From contig OZ316894.1 of the NCBI GenBank assembly GCA_973895155.1, positions 14,007,580-14,071,579 on the forward strand: a stretch of DNA of 64,000 bases, in the 5' to 3' direction. This DNA is from Marsupella aquatica. Lineage: Eukaryota; Plantae; Marchantiophyta. The notes beneath the pieces were generated by a model that did no database searches, was not told the origin of the DNA, and was given only the letters and a program-made list of their open reading frames with translations. Both the position numbers and the translations under genes were made by a program. Below are positions 37,667-49,154 of this stretch, in pieces. How positions within the stretch are numbered: position 1 is the stretch's first letter; each line of letters opens with the position of its first letter.

Positions 37667-40600
37667 ATGGCTCCAAGGTTGCCTCTTCACAACCCATTTA
37701 GGATTAGGCATCATGATTCTAAATTGTGGATGCGTGAACAAGCCCGGGCCGCCCAAGGTAGGAGTAGGAGGATGAGATGCCCATGCACACAATGCCAAGG
37801 ATTCAAGTCGTTGAGTTTGAACACTGTGCACCTTCACCTGCTGCGGCATGAAAGGCACCCTCGGTGGAGGGTTTGGAATGTACCAGCAGAAGAAGACTCC
37901 TCTGATGAAGAGTGGAGAGCTGACTTTGTGGATTCTAATACAGCTAGGCGTAGAGCCTACGTAGAGCAGGACATAGACTGTGTAGAGGATGGTCCTGGGG
38001 TCCAACATGAGAACGTGGATGACCAAGATGGAGATGCAGAGGCAGTCACTGAGGACGGTGGGATGGATGTCCCAAGAATGGTTCAAGAGATTTTTGAAGA
38101 CCTTGATGCTTTTTACGACACAGTGGAATCAGAAGAGGACAATGAACCGCAGCCACACATTGGCGACGGCCAAGCTCAACCTGACTTTGACATTGGGGAA
38201 GGTGCAGCAGAGAGGGAGTGGGTGTTTGGGGGCCCAAAACACATCAAAGAAGCTTGCATTCCTATCTACGAGGGGTCGAACTGCTCCAAGCTGGGTTTTG
38301 TCGTGTTGTTGTTGAACATCTGTGGCAATCACAATGTTCCCAATATATTTGTGACAGAGTTGTTGACCTTCCTGCGCCGAAATGTGTTACCAGATGGTAA
38401 TTCAATTCCAAAAAATATGTACGAGGCTAGGAAATTGATGTCTAACCTTGGGCTGAACTATGTGTCTATTGACGCATGCCCTGATGGGTGTGTTCTCTTT
38501 CGCAAAGAGCATGCAGATAAATTGACATGCCCTCATTGTGGTAAGGACAGGTACAAGAATGTAGGGAAATGTACACACCCTGCCAAGGTTCTTCGTCATT
38601 TTCCTCTCATTCCTAGACTACAACGTCTGTTTAGATGCCCTGCCATTTCCAAGCTGATGACATGGACTCCTGATAACAAGAGCAGTGATGGCCTGCAGTG
38701 TCACATTGGAGATTCCAACCATTGGAAATTTGTTGATGAGAGGTGGCCACAGTTTGCTACAAAGAAGCGGAACTTTCGATTTGGTCTATCACTGGATGGA
38801 ATAAACCCATTTGGAGACAAAAACAACCGTTATTCATGTTGGCCGGTTACGCTGCTAAATTACAACCTTCCCCCATGGATGACTACAAAGAGGTTTTTTG
38901 TCATGATGGTGCTGTTAATCCCTGGACCAGCTTCTGTGACCGAGCAATTCATAGATATCATGTTGGCTCCAGCAGTGGAAGAGTGGAAGACTTTGTGGAT
39001 AGAAGGGGTGTTAACCCATGATGTTCTGAAGGGGCTTCTTCGACCCAGCCCCTTTAGACTGCATGCAATTTGTTTGCTGGATATAGCAGATTACCCAGGC
39101 CATGGCATCATATCTGGACGAGTGACAAAGGGCTATGTGGGGTGCACACCATGTGGGAAAAATGTGACAAGTGAGTGGTCGCATGCCCTGCACAGTATGA
39201 AATTTCAGGGGCATAGAAGGTATCTGCCTGTTGATCATCCTTACAGGCACACACGGTCTCAAATTGCACACTTCAACAACAAAACAGAGCTTCGTGGCCC
39301 ACCACAGAGGGTCACCAGAGAGCAAGTCCTGAGGTGGGCAGCCAGGAAGGCTGATTGGGACAAGAGAAGTGCCACTGATCGAGAACCTGAGGATCCAGTG
39401 GTGAAACACGGTGTGAAAAGACAGACCTTGATGGACTTGGAGTTGGAGTACTGGAGGGTAATGTACTTAGCCTCCAGCCCCTGTATGATTGCAATTTTAG
39501 ATTGGAGCAATGGTGGATTGATGTTGGTTACAATCCTCCTATGTGGTTAATTAGTGTTTCTGTTGTTGAATTCTTTGCTTTGTGGAGTGCAGGAATTCGA
39601 GCCCAGCAAACACAATGTGGACGTCATGCACATTGAGAAAAATATTTGTGAGAGCTTGCTGAAGTTCTTGTCGGGTGAGAAAGATACAGGAGCAGTTCGA
39701 GCTGATATGCAACAGAAGGGGATTCGCCCTCACCTTTGGTTGAAGCCCCATGCAAGCAATCCCAATGTACTTCTCAAGTTCCAAGCTCCCTATGTGTGCA
39801 CACAGGATGAATGGAAGACATTCTTGTATAGATTGAGCTGTCTGAAAGTGCCCTCTGGCTATGCTGGTGCCTTCAAGAAGCATATTACAAAGAATAAACT
39901 TGGCAGTATGAAAACACATGACTACCATGTGTTGATGCAGCACATTCTGCCCCTATGCCTCAGAGGTCTCATGCAGAAACCAGTCCGTAATGTCATTCTT
40001 CGACTGTGCAATGTATTTCGCCGTATATGTGTGAAAGTGTGGGATCCCCAAGGATTGGAGCAGTTGAAGCAGGATGCTGCTTATGTCCTCTGTGACTTGG
40101 AGATATACTTCCCCCCTGCTTTCTTTGATGTTATGACTCATCTCCTAATCCATGTGGTAGAAGAGCTAGGGCAGTATGGGCCAGTCAGTACCAGAGGATG
40201 TACCCTATGGAGCGATACATGAAGTTGTTGAAAGGTCATGTGAGAACATACTACAGGCCAGAGGCTTCCATGGCATTGGGGTACATTAAGGATGAGACGT
40301 TGGGATTCCTAACAGAGTACATGGCTGGGTCTGGTGAAGCTATGACAAGAGTTTGGAAATCTGGTGAAGATGATGGAGTGAGTGGCGAGGTTGTTGAAGG
40401 TGTGGGACGTGCTGTTCAGCTGCCTGTTGCGATTCGAGACAAGGCTCATTCATATGTGCTGGCAAACACAGAGCCTATGCAACCATGGTGGAGGTGAGTG
40501 ATTGAATTGACTTGCCTTTGTTGTGATGCTTCTTGTCTGTTCCAAGGGTGATCTTAGGTTGTCATGTGTTGTTTAGACCTAACTATGCCTGTACCTCATA

Positions 40601-41366
40601 ATGCAGGGAATATGATATGCAAAAAGCTGCACACTCTGGGCAGCAGGATCCCTTCCCATAGTTCGAGCAGTGGATTCGGGTGACAATTCGAGAGCATAGT
40701 AGACATCACCCAGATATGGAGAAGGATTTGTATCTTCTATCTGTGCCACCACGATTGTCTATTCTGACCTACAAACGGATGAGAGCTTATGGAAATCATT
40801 ATCGAGTGAGGGATGAGCAGGGTGACCATTGTGTATCATATGATTGTGGTTTGATTTATGTGTTTGAGCAGAGAACCTCTGAAGAACAGAGGGGGTGGAT
40901 GAAGATGGGTTACGTGGGGGAGTTGACCGACATTTGGGTGTTGAATTATGGTAACACAAGTGTCCCAGTGATATTGATGAAGGGATCATGGGTGAAATCA
41001 GAGTGGCAGAGACCAAGGGCCACCATGAAGCGTGATCATGATGGGTTCTTGTTGGCCAATTTTAGGTCCAGAGTACCAGAATGGTCTGAGCCTTTTGTTT
41101 TCCCTAGCCAAGTTGAACAGGCTTTCTTTGCAGATGTGGAGGAGTCACATGGCTGGAGGGTGGTATGCCATAGCCAAGCACGGAACAGGCGGATGGATGG
41201 AAGTAAAGTAGAGTTCAGTTTGGATGACCATGCTGCATTCGAGCATCCTAGTCATGAGACTGTACTTCCAACTCGGGCAGGGACTGACTACATCCCCTTA
41301 ACATTGAGAGAGACATATGATGAACCTGGGCAAATGGAATATGATGAGGTTGATGATTTGCAATAG
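37667..41366 (+). pseudogene. CACTA TnpD/Tnp2 transposase (Transposase_21, DUF4218, DUF4216-like)
   Basis: CPCTQC; IDACPDGCVLF; LIPRLQRLF; FGLSLDGINPF; LDIADYPG; DVMHIEKNI; MKTHDYHVLMQ; FPPAFFDVMTHL; YPMERYM; EPFVFPSQVEQAFF. Introns 39458-39592 and ~40494-40606; 1-nt frameshift ~40196; premature TAG ~40658. Confidence 0.93.
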
Positions 41367-41543
41367 GCAACAGCTGGCGATTGGCAAGTATGAGGTTGAG
41401 GATGACTACCTGCACAGAGTCACATAACGGGAATTGCTGCCTGGAATGATGTTTAGGATAGTTGGATATGCATGAAATTGATTGATACTTTGAATTTAGT
41501 GTGCTGATTCTCCCTGTTTGGTTGTGGGTGCTGTGCAGAAGCT

Positions 41544-44500
41544 ATGGGGGAAGAGGGTGATGACATGGAGACAGACATGGGGCTTGGAGAGTGGGGTGAA
41601 GAGGAAAGATTGGATATGGATGGAGACCCAGATGCAGGGGGCTCACAGAAAAATGCACCTGTGCAAGATGCACAGGGCCCTCATCAAGTCCCAGGTAGGT
41701 GGGCAGCTAGAGAGAAATCACATAATCCATACCCTAGAAGGAGCCAGAGTTATTGGCAAGGGACGCCTGATAATTATGATGATGACTATGATGGAGCAGA
41801 AGATGGATGGGATGAATATGAACACCCAGAGCGTGGTAGAGACGGGTACAGAGGGCAATGGAAAGGTGAGGAGGATGATTGGACAAGTAAGTGCCTTGTG
41901 CTAGTGATTTTGTGATGGTAGTAGAGATTTAGCTCAATATGCACTTATCTGATGTGTAGCTAGGGCAAAGAGTTTATCTTACAGGTCCATGAGTGTGGCA
42001 TGTACCTGTTGGTATGCAGACTCTGATTGGGACAATCACGAAAACAACAAAGGCCATCCACATTCAGATAGGAGGCAATCATTCACAGGCGGGAGAAACG
42101 CCCCTAATTCATCAAGACAAAGCAATAGGACAGGTGGTCCAGAACCATCTATGCGCCAAGGGAGAGGTAACTTGGTCATTGCAGAATTGCTCTGAAGTCC
42201 ACTGTATATTTGGCAGCGGGATTTATGATTCATACTTACCTAATGTAAGTGACTGTAAATGGATCCTGTAAATGTGCAGGGACTCCAGGGAGGTTTGGAC
42301 AATGCAATCCAGGCCGTGGGGGGAGATCAGGCCGTGGAGGGACCCCAGGCCGTGGGGGGACACCAGGCCGTGGAGGGACACCTAGTAGCGCTTCAGGGAG
42401 TACCAAGGCAGGAGACAGTAACAAATTTGGTAAAGTAGAAGTGAATTCCGAAGGTTGGATAACTCCCACATGTGATGGTAAGAACCGTTGGCATTCTGAC
42501 CTAAGAGGAGAAGTATTGCGTTGGTTAGATTTGAGCATTATAGAGTTTAGGAGTCAGAACAAAGCTGATTGGGCTGCTATCTGCAAGGACATTCTTGAAC
42601 GGTGGGAGTATGTTGGTAATGATGGTAAGGGCCCAGTTGAAGATTGCATATCAGATTATGCAATGAGGATTTTGAAACAAGAGAGGCATAGGTTGAAAAG
42701 GATGTGGATAGACAATGGTTCTAACAGGAGAATGCCACCACCCCCATCATTGGAACTGGATCAATGGACACGGTTAATCAAAGGGTTCATGTCGGAGGCT
42801 GGACAGAGCAAGAGTGAACTGATGTCAAATGCTCGAGGCAAAGTGAAACACCTTTCACAGGTTGGGAGAGGAAGTTATGCTCCAGTGAAAGAACAATTGG
42901 TAAGGCAGTGACATGCCTGATAGTAAGCCTCAAACTTATCATCTTGCTACCATTATTACATTTTCATTGACAATCAACACTTGGTTTCATTCATATGTAT
43001 GTTGATGTGGACTGCAGAAGAAATTGACAGGTGAAGAACCATCAGCACAAGAAGTGAGAGAGGAGTTCATGAAACAAAGGAGTGAGGTGACAAGTGTAAC
43101 TTCCAAACAGGTGATTATGTTGTAATTCTGTATGTTCTGTGACTATTTGGCCTTGAGCATCAGAAAGAAATGTAGTAGGAAGTAAGCAACCAGTTCTTGG
43201 GGACAGTTATCTGAGATATGTAAGCTGTGTTATGACAGGGAACTGTTACAACTCTCACAGAGATGTGTGAACGGTTGAAGTCATTAGAGTGTGGACTCCC
43301 TCGAGTGGAAAGTAAATTGGCTGATCGTTTGGATATTGTGGAGGCATCTATAGCGAACCTTCTTGCATCAGTGGAATCTAATTTCAAGCTTGTGATTGAA
43401 AAATTGGGTGGTTCCCAACCAAACAATGAGGGCAACATTGTACAAAGTGTGCCCTTGTTAACAAAAAAGGGAATTGGCAAATCTGACACAGGTATGGAAA
43501 TGACACCGGCCCATTGTTCATTGTGTCCTATGTTCAAATGTCAGAAGTAAGTTTTCATGAATTGAGTGAATGGTTTGAATGCAGGAAGAGTGGAGGCAGA
43601 GAAGGACCCTGTAATCAGTAAGCAGAAGGGCAAGAAGGTTGCTGAGACAGGTAACCTGCTATGATCCAATACATTACATTTGAAAAGTGCATGGAGTTTT
43701 GTGAAGCTTAAGCCGGTTGGAGGTAATCTTTTCTGTAAGAACTGGTTGGATGAACTGGGATCTGAAGTGACATCATGATTGATGTATCAGGTGATTCAAA
43801 GAGCAATAATGAAGAAGATGTGCCCAGTGCCTCAGTGACCATAGCCAAGGAGGTATCAGGTAAGCTGATGCTTTAAATTCCTCTATATGAATGTTGAGCA
43901 ACAATTCAGTGGTTAATAGATTCAACCTGAATATTGTGGTGTGTTTATTGATCAACAGAAGCAGACATGGAGCATATGGCAATGGCAAAGAAGGGGAAGA
44001 AGGCTGTTCATAATGGTAAGGAGATAGTGACAACTTTGTGGTTGGTGACATGTACATTTAGCACATGTGATGAGTGATTGACTTATGTTGGACATGACAC
44101 TGAATTGTAGTTGATGCAGAGTTGACAGACTCTCAACCAAGTGGGAGTAGGGTGAAGCGACATCGAAACTTGGGAGCAACATTGGATGCAAGTAAGATTG
44201 TAGATGCTTCAATTGAAGCAAGTACAATGTTGGCAGATACTGAGATGATGTCGCAGGGAAATCCTGCTACACAATCAGAAGTGTCAAATATGGATGCAGA
44301 TTCTTTGAAGAAGAGTGTAGCCAATTCTTGATCACCAGCACAAAACACTCGTGCCAAAGTCATGACTCGCAACCAAGGTATGAATAATGTCATGTATAAG
44401 CCACCCAGGAAAGCCAAGAAAAACAGCCAGGGTAAGGTGGAGGTGATAGCCACAGCAGAGCCAGTCCATAATCTTCTATCATGGGAGGATGACTCGCAGG

Positions 44501-44715
44501 TATGTGTGGGTACAGGCATTTTGCGACCGGATCATGCAAAATTCCATGGCAAAGTGGTCCCGGATGACCATGTAGTAGTGTTGTTGACTACAGTGATTGT
44601 ATCTGATTGTAATTTGCCATTTCCGAATAGAGACGATGATCCACCTCAGGAAATAATTGCAGATGCAGTAGGATCTCTTATGCTCTGGCCATCAGAGTGT
44701 GTTAGTCTGCAGTGA
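41544..44715 (+). pseudogene. CACTA second gene (TnpA/Ptta-like, Tnp1-type C-terminus), multi-exon, with RGG repeats
   Basis: PPPSLELDQWTRLIKGFMSE..KS..MSNARGKV...VGRGSY (Ptta/Transposase_24-like); C-terminal VGTG...FHG..VP....V....V....LPFP.DD....I.DAVG..MLWP; GRGGTP repeats at ~42311-42382; in-frame stop at 44331. Confidence 0.75.
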
Positions 44716-45544
44716 CTGAATGCAAGTGTAGATAGCATCATGTGAATTGTGTCACATTTTGACATTGCCTTGGAAATATCCAAGAAATATTTGTACCAAT
44801 TTTTCCATTTGGTAAAGAGGATGAAGGAGACGTTGTGTGTGACATTGATATTTCTGAATTCTGTATGTATGAAACAAGTGATTGATGTCAAACTATGGCT
44901 CTATGGTGATTGTCTATGATACTTAAATCTATTTTATCATTTCAGTATTAGTGTGTATGGTATAGAGGAATACGTTGTGACCTTCTTTGTAGTCTATGAA
45001 GTTTGAATCTGTGAATTCATATTAGTGTACATGGTATAGAAGATGGATTTCTGAAACTATGTATTCTAATGTTAACATGATGAATGGTGAACTTATAGAG
45101 TGAGTTCATTCCAAGTACACAATAAAACATGAATGCAATATGTTATTTGTGCACAAGAGTGGGTTCATTCCAAGTAGTATAGTGGGGTCTTCATCACTCA
45201 TATCCAGTTGACATAAAAGACTTATACATACCCCACAAAGTATATTTAAAGACTACCCTCCATAACCTTTTTAGTCGTTCCCAACGACTCATCATCGCAG
45301 CCCATAAAAGACTAAAAACGACTCACCAAAGCTACCCACACAAAGACTAAAATAGACTGAAAATCCAGTCTATTAAACGACTTATAAACCAGTTCTATAA
45401 AGGACTCAGTTGATTATAGTAACAAAACATACGACTCGCAGTCCTATAAAGGACTAGAGTCCTTCCCAGTCGTTTCCAAGTCCTATACGGTACTGAATAG
45501 TCGTTTAATGGGGTCTAAATACCCCCCGGTTTCTACTAGTGATG

Positions 45545-48496
45545 GCAAGTAATTGATGGTGAACTTCAAGTCATGTCGGGAGAGATAGTGATTTTGAAGG
45601 GGCGCAGACAGAAGAATTTGTATGTGTTGCAGGGCAATACAGTATGTGGAGAGGCCAATGTGACCAAGTCTCACGAGGAAATGACTCAACTGTGACATTC
45701 ACGGCTAGGCCACATGAGTGAGAAGGGTTTGGCTATCTTGTAGAAGAATGGGCTCATTTCTGATTTGCAATCTTGTAAATTGGATTTCTGTGAGCATTGC
45801 ATTTTTGGAAAGCAGCATTGTCGTGCTTTCGGTGTTGGAACTCATCATTCCAAAGCGGTTCTTGAGTACATATGTGACGTGTGGGGACCATCCCCGACTC
45901 CCTCACATTCTGGAAAATTGTACTATGTATCCTTTATTGACGATTACTCAAGATTTGTATGGATTTATTTCATGACGCATAAATCTGATGTCTTGTCCAT
46001 TTTTACAAAGTGGAAGACCCAAGTAGAGAATCAGACAGGAAACACGGTTAAGTGTTTGGATACAAGGGTGAAGAGTCTAAGGTCAGACAACGGCGGGGAG
46101 TACACTTCAATAAAATTTGAAGAGTACTGTGCAGAACAGGGGATAACTCGTCATCTCACCACAGTTTATACTCCACAGCAGAATGGTGTAGCTGAGAGGC
46201 TCAATCGAACACTATTGGAGCGGTCACGGAGTATGCTGAGCCAATCAGGTTTACCACAGGAATTTTGGGCAGAAGCTGTCAATACTGCAGTTTATTTGGT
46301 AAATCTTTCTCCTTCTAGTGCAATCAATTTTAAAATGCCGTTTGAAATGCGTTATAAGCGGCAAGCAGACTATCATGGCTTGGTAGTTTTTGGAAGTGAT
46401 GCATATGCTCTCACACCAAAGCAGAATAGGACCATGTTGGATCCTACGTCCAAGAAATGTATTTTTCTTGGGTATCAGAGTGGTGTGAAGGCCTACAGGT
46501 TATGGGATCCTATTGCTTGTAAGCTCATTGTTAGTAGGGATGTTTCTTTCAATGAATCCAGATTATTGAAGGAGGGGGAGAATACTCAAGTCTCCCGTAC
46601 TGACAAAGGAAAATCTCCTATCCTGGATCTCGTTGAGGGGGAGATTGATCATGAAGTGCATGATCGGAGAGAAGGAGGTGCTCCAAGCATGGAGCTGGTT
46701 CTTGTGCTAGAGGAACAAAAGGAGTTTATTGATGCTGATGAGCAGCAAATGGATGTTGCTGAGCTTCAAATTGTACCAGTAGACGCAATTCAACCGGAGT
46801 CATCGTCTAGAAGAACATTTGGTCGTACTGTACGCGCTCCTCCTAGGTATGGACAGTGGGTTGATTCATCTCAACTGCAAGAGGATGATTTTGCAGCTGA
46901 TGATGAGGGTGATGCGTTAATTTTGGAAGAAGGGGAACCTTCTTCATTTCATGAGGCCAGTGCTTCAAAGGAGAAGCAGAAGTGGACTGCAGCAATGCAA
47001 ACGGAGATGCAGTCACTAAAGGACAACAAAACTTGGGAGCTTGTTAAGCTGCCTAAGGGTCAGCAAGTGGTGGACAACAAGTGGATTTACAAGCTGAAGA
47101 ATAATTCCACAGGAGGTGGATCAAAGGTCTACAAGGCTAGGTTGGTAGCAAAGGGATTCACACAAGAGAAAGGTGTGGATTACAATGAGGTCTTCTCACC
47201 AGTTGCTAAGTACTCTACAATACGACTATTGTGTGTACTTGTTGTAATGTTTGGTCTGTTGCTAGATTAGATGGATGTTGTCACAGCTTTCCTCTATGGC
47301 ACATTGGAAGAGGTGATCTTCATGAGACAACTGCTAGGTTTTGTGTAGAGAGGACAGGAGGAATTGGTTTGCAGATTGCTGAAATCCTTGTATGGGTTGA
47401 AGCAGTCATCAAGACAGTGGAACAAGCGGTTTGACGATTGGATTCGATCACAAGGTTTTCACAAAAGTGTATTTGACCCTTGTGTGTATTTGAAACCGGT
47501 GAAGAATATTGTCTTTGGGTTCATTGTTTTAGTACTTTATGTGGATGACATGCTTATTGCGGCCAATGATAGGTCTGAGATTGTTAAGCTTAAGGCACTG
47601 CTCAATGCAGAGTTTAAGATGAAGGACCTAGGGCCAACTAAGAGGATTTTGGGTATGGAGATCACTAGGGACTTGGAGGCTAGTAAGCTATGGTTGACAC
47701 ACAGCAGTTATGCGAGGAAGGTAATTGCTAGGTTCAACATGGGGGATAGCAAGCCAGTAAGTACCCTTTGGCTACACACTTCAAATTATCATCAGCTTTC
47801 TGTCCCACAGATGCGATAGAGAAGGGGCTGATGTCAAAGGTTCCTTATGATAAGGCAGTGGGAAGTCTCATGTATTTGATGACTTGCACTAGACCTGATC
47901 TTGCCATGGCTATGGGCAAGGTGAGTAGGTACATGTCAAATCCAAGGAAGGTACATTGGGAAGCAGTGAAGTGGATTATCAGGTACTTGAAGGGTACCGT
48001 GGATCATGGTCTTTTATTTGATGCGAATGCAAAGAATGCTAGATCATTGATTGGCTATGTAGATTCTGACTATGGACAAGATTTGGACCGAAGGAGATCA
48101 ACAACAGGATACGTGTTCACACTTGGCGGTGGATGCATAAGTTGGAGGTCTACTTTGCAGAAGTGTATTGCTCAGTCTACTACAGAAGCGGAGTATGTTG
48201 CAGCTGCGGAAGCAGCAAAGGAAGCAATTTGGTTGGATAGACTTATCACTGAAATGGGATTGCCATAGGGGAATGTGAAGCTCCATTGTGATAGTCAAAG
48301 TGCGCTCCACCTTGCTGTGAACCAGGTGATGGACAGCAGAGTGAAGCACATTGACGTCAGGGACCATTTTATCAGGCAGGGTGTGTCTGATAATTTGTTT
48401 GAGCTAGTCAAGATTGATGGTAAACTCAACCCGGCTGACGCATTTACCAAAGTGATTCCTTTGGAGAGTTTCTCTAGACATCGTGACGTATTGTAG
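45545..48496 (+). pseudogene. Copia pol: GAG-pre-integrase, integrase, RT, RNase H
   Basis: H.RLGHMS; CEHCIFGKQH; FIDDYSR; LRSDNGGEY; TPQQNGVAER; YKARLVAKGF; SLYGLKQ; LYVDDML; YVDSDYGQD; STTEAEY; KHIDVR. Several TAG/TGA stops and a frameshift near 47768. Confidence 0.95.
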
Positions 48497-48710
48497 GTTT
48501 TGCAATTGCATCACAAGTAGAGTTTTCTTAACATTCATTGTAATTACTGATATATGCTCTTCCTCATTCCTATGTATAAGGCTACGGCTTAGTTCTGGTT
48601 TGCTCTAGTTAGAGAGGGAAACCGGTTTGGTTTTTGTCCAGAACTTCCCGCTGAGGGATCATATACATTGGCAGTATTACTCTCCCCTAGACCAGAGTCA
48701 AGGGGAAGAT

Positions 48711-49149
48711 TGTTGGGTATTTACTCTTATGTCTAGGTTAGGTATGACGTGATTGGTACAACAACGTGGGTTGGTACAACAACATGGGTTGGTATAACTA
48801 CATGGTTAGGTACAACTACGTGATTAGGTACAACAATGTGGTTAGGTACAACTACGTGATTAGGTACAACAATATGGTTAGGTTAACTAAGTTACACACT
48901 ATATCATAAGAGGCACGTGTGCTTGGAGATGTAGAACCAAGGCTCATTGTTATGGAGCCACTTGAGAGATAGGGAGAGCTTACACTGTGGAGACTCGATA
49001 TAGCCGACGGGTTTAGAGTTCAGTAAAGCTCTCTTGTGTGTTCCCGTGGACGTAGCCTCAAGGAGGTGAACCACGTATCTCTTGTGTCGACTACTTGCAT
49101 GTTGGATATGTCATGTGCTTACCGTTGCGATTATCGTCTATACTCAACA
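48711..49149 (+). repeat. Copia 3' LTR (TG...CA), preceded by polypurine tract aaggggaaga
   Basis: Direct repeat of 26515-26953. Confidence 0.95.
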
Positions 49150-49154
49150 TAATT

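Larger units (their letters stand above)
28986..45541 (+). mobile_element. CACTA (En/Spm) DNA transposon, 16,556 bp, with cargo genes
   Basis: 18-bp perfect TIR CACTAGTAGAAACCGGGG at both ends; 3-bp TSD ATG (28983-28985, 45542-45544); dense (a/c/g)GACT/AGTC subterminal motifs. Removing it restores the Copia pol frame (NGHQWQVIDGELQV..KNLYVLQG). Confidence 0.97.
26515..49149 (+). mobile_element. Full-length Ty1/Copia LTR retrotransposon (interrupted by CACTA)
   Basis: 439-bp LTRs at 26515-26953 and 48711-49149; 5-bp TSD TAATT (26510-26514, 49150-49154); PBS tggtatcagagc; PPT before the 3' LTR; gag-PR-INT-RT-RH order. Confidence 0.97.

Noticed and set aside
48497-48710. Possible env-like ORF in the Copia
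   Set aside because: Only ~200 bp between pol and the PPT, with no ORF.
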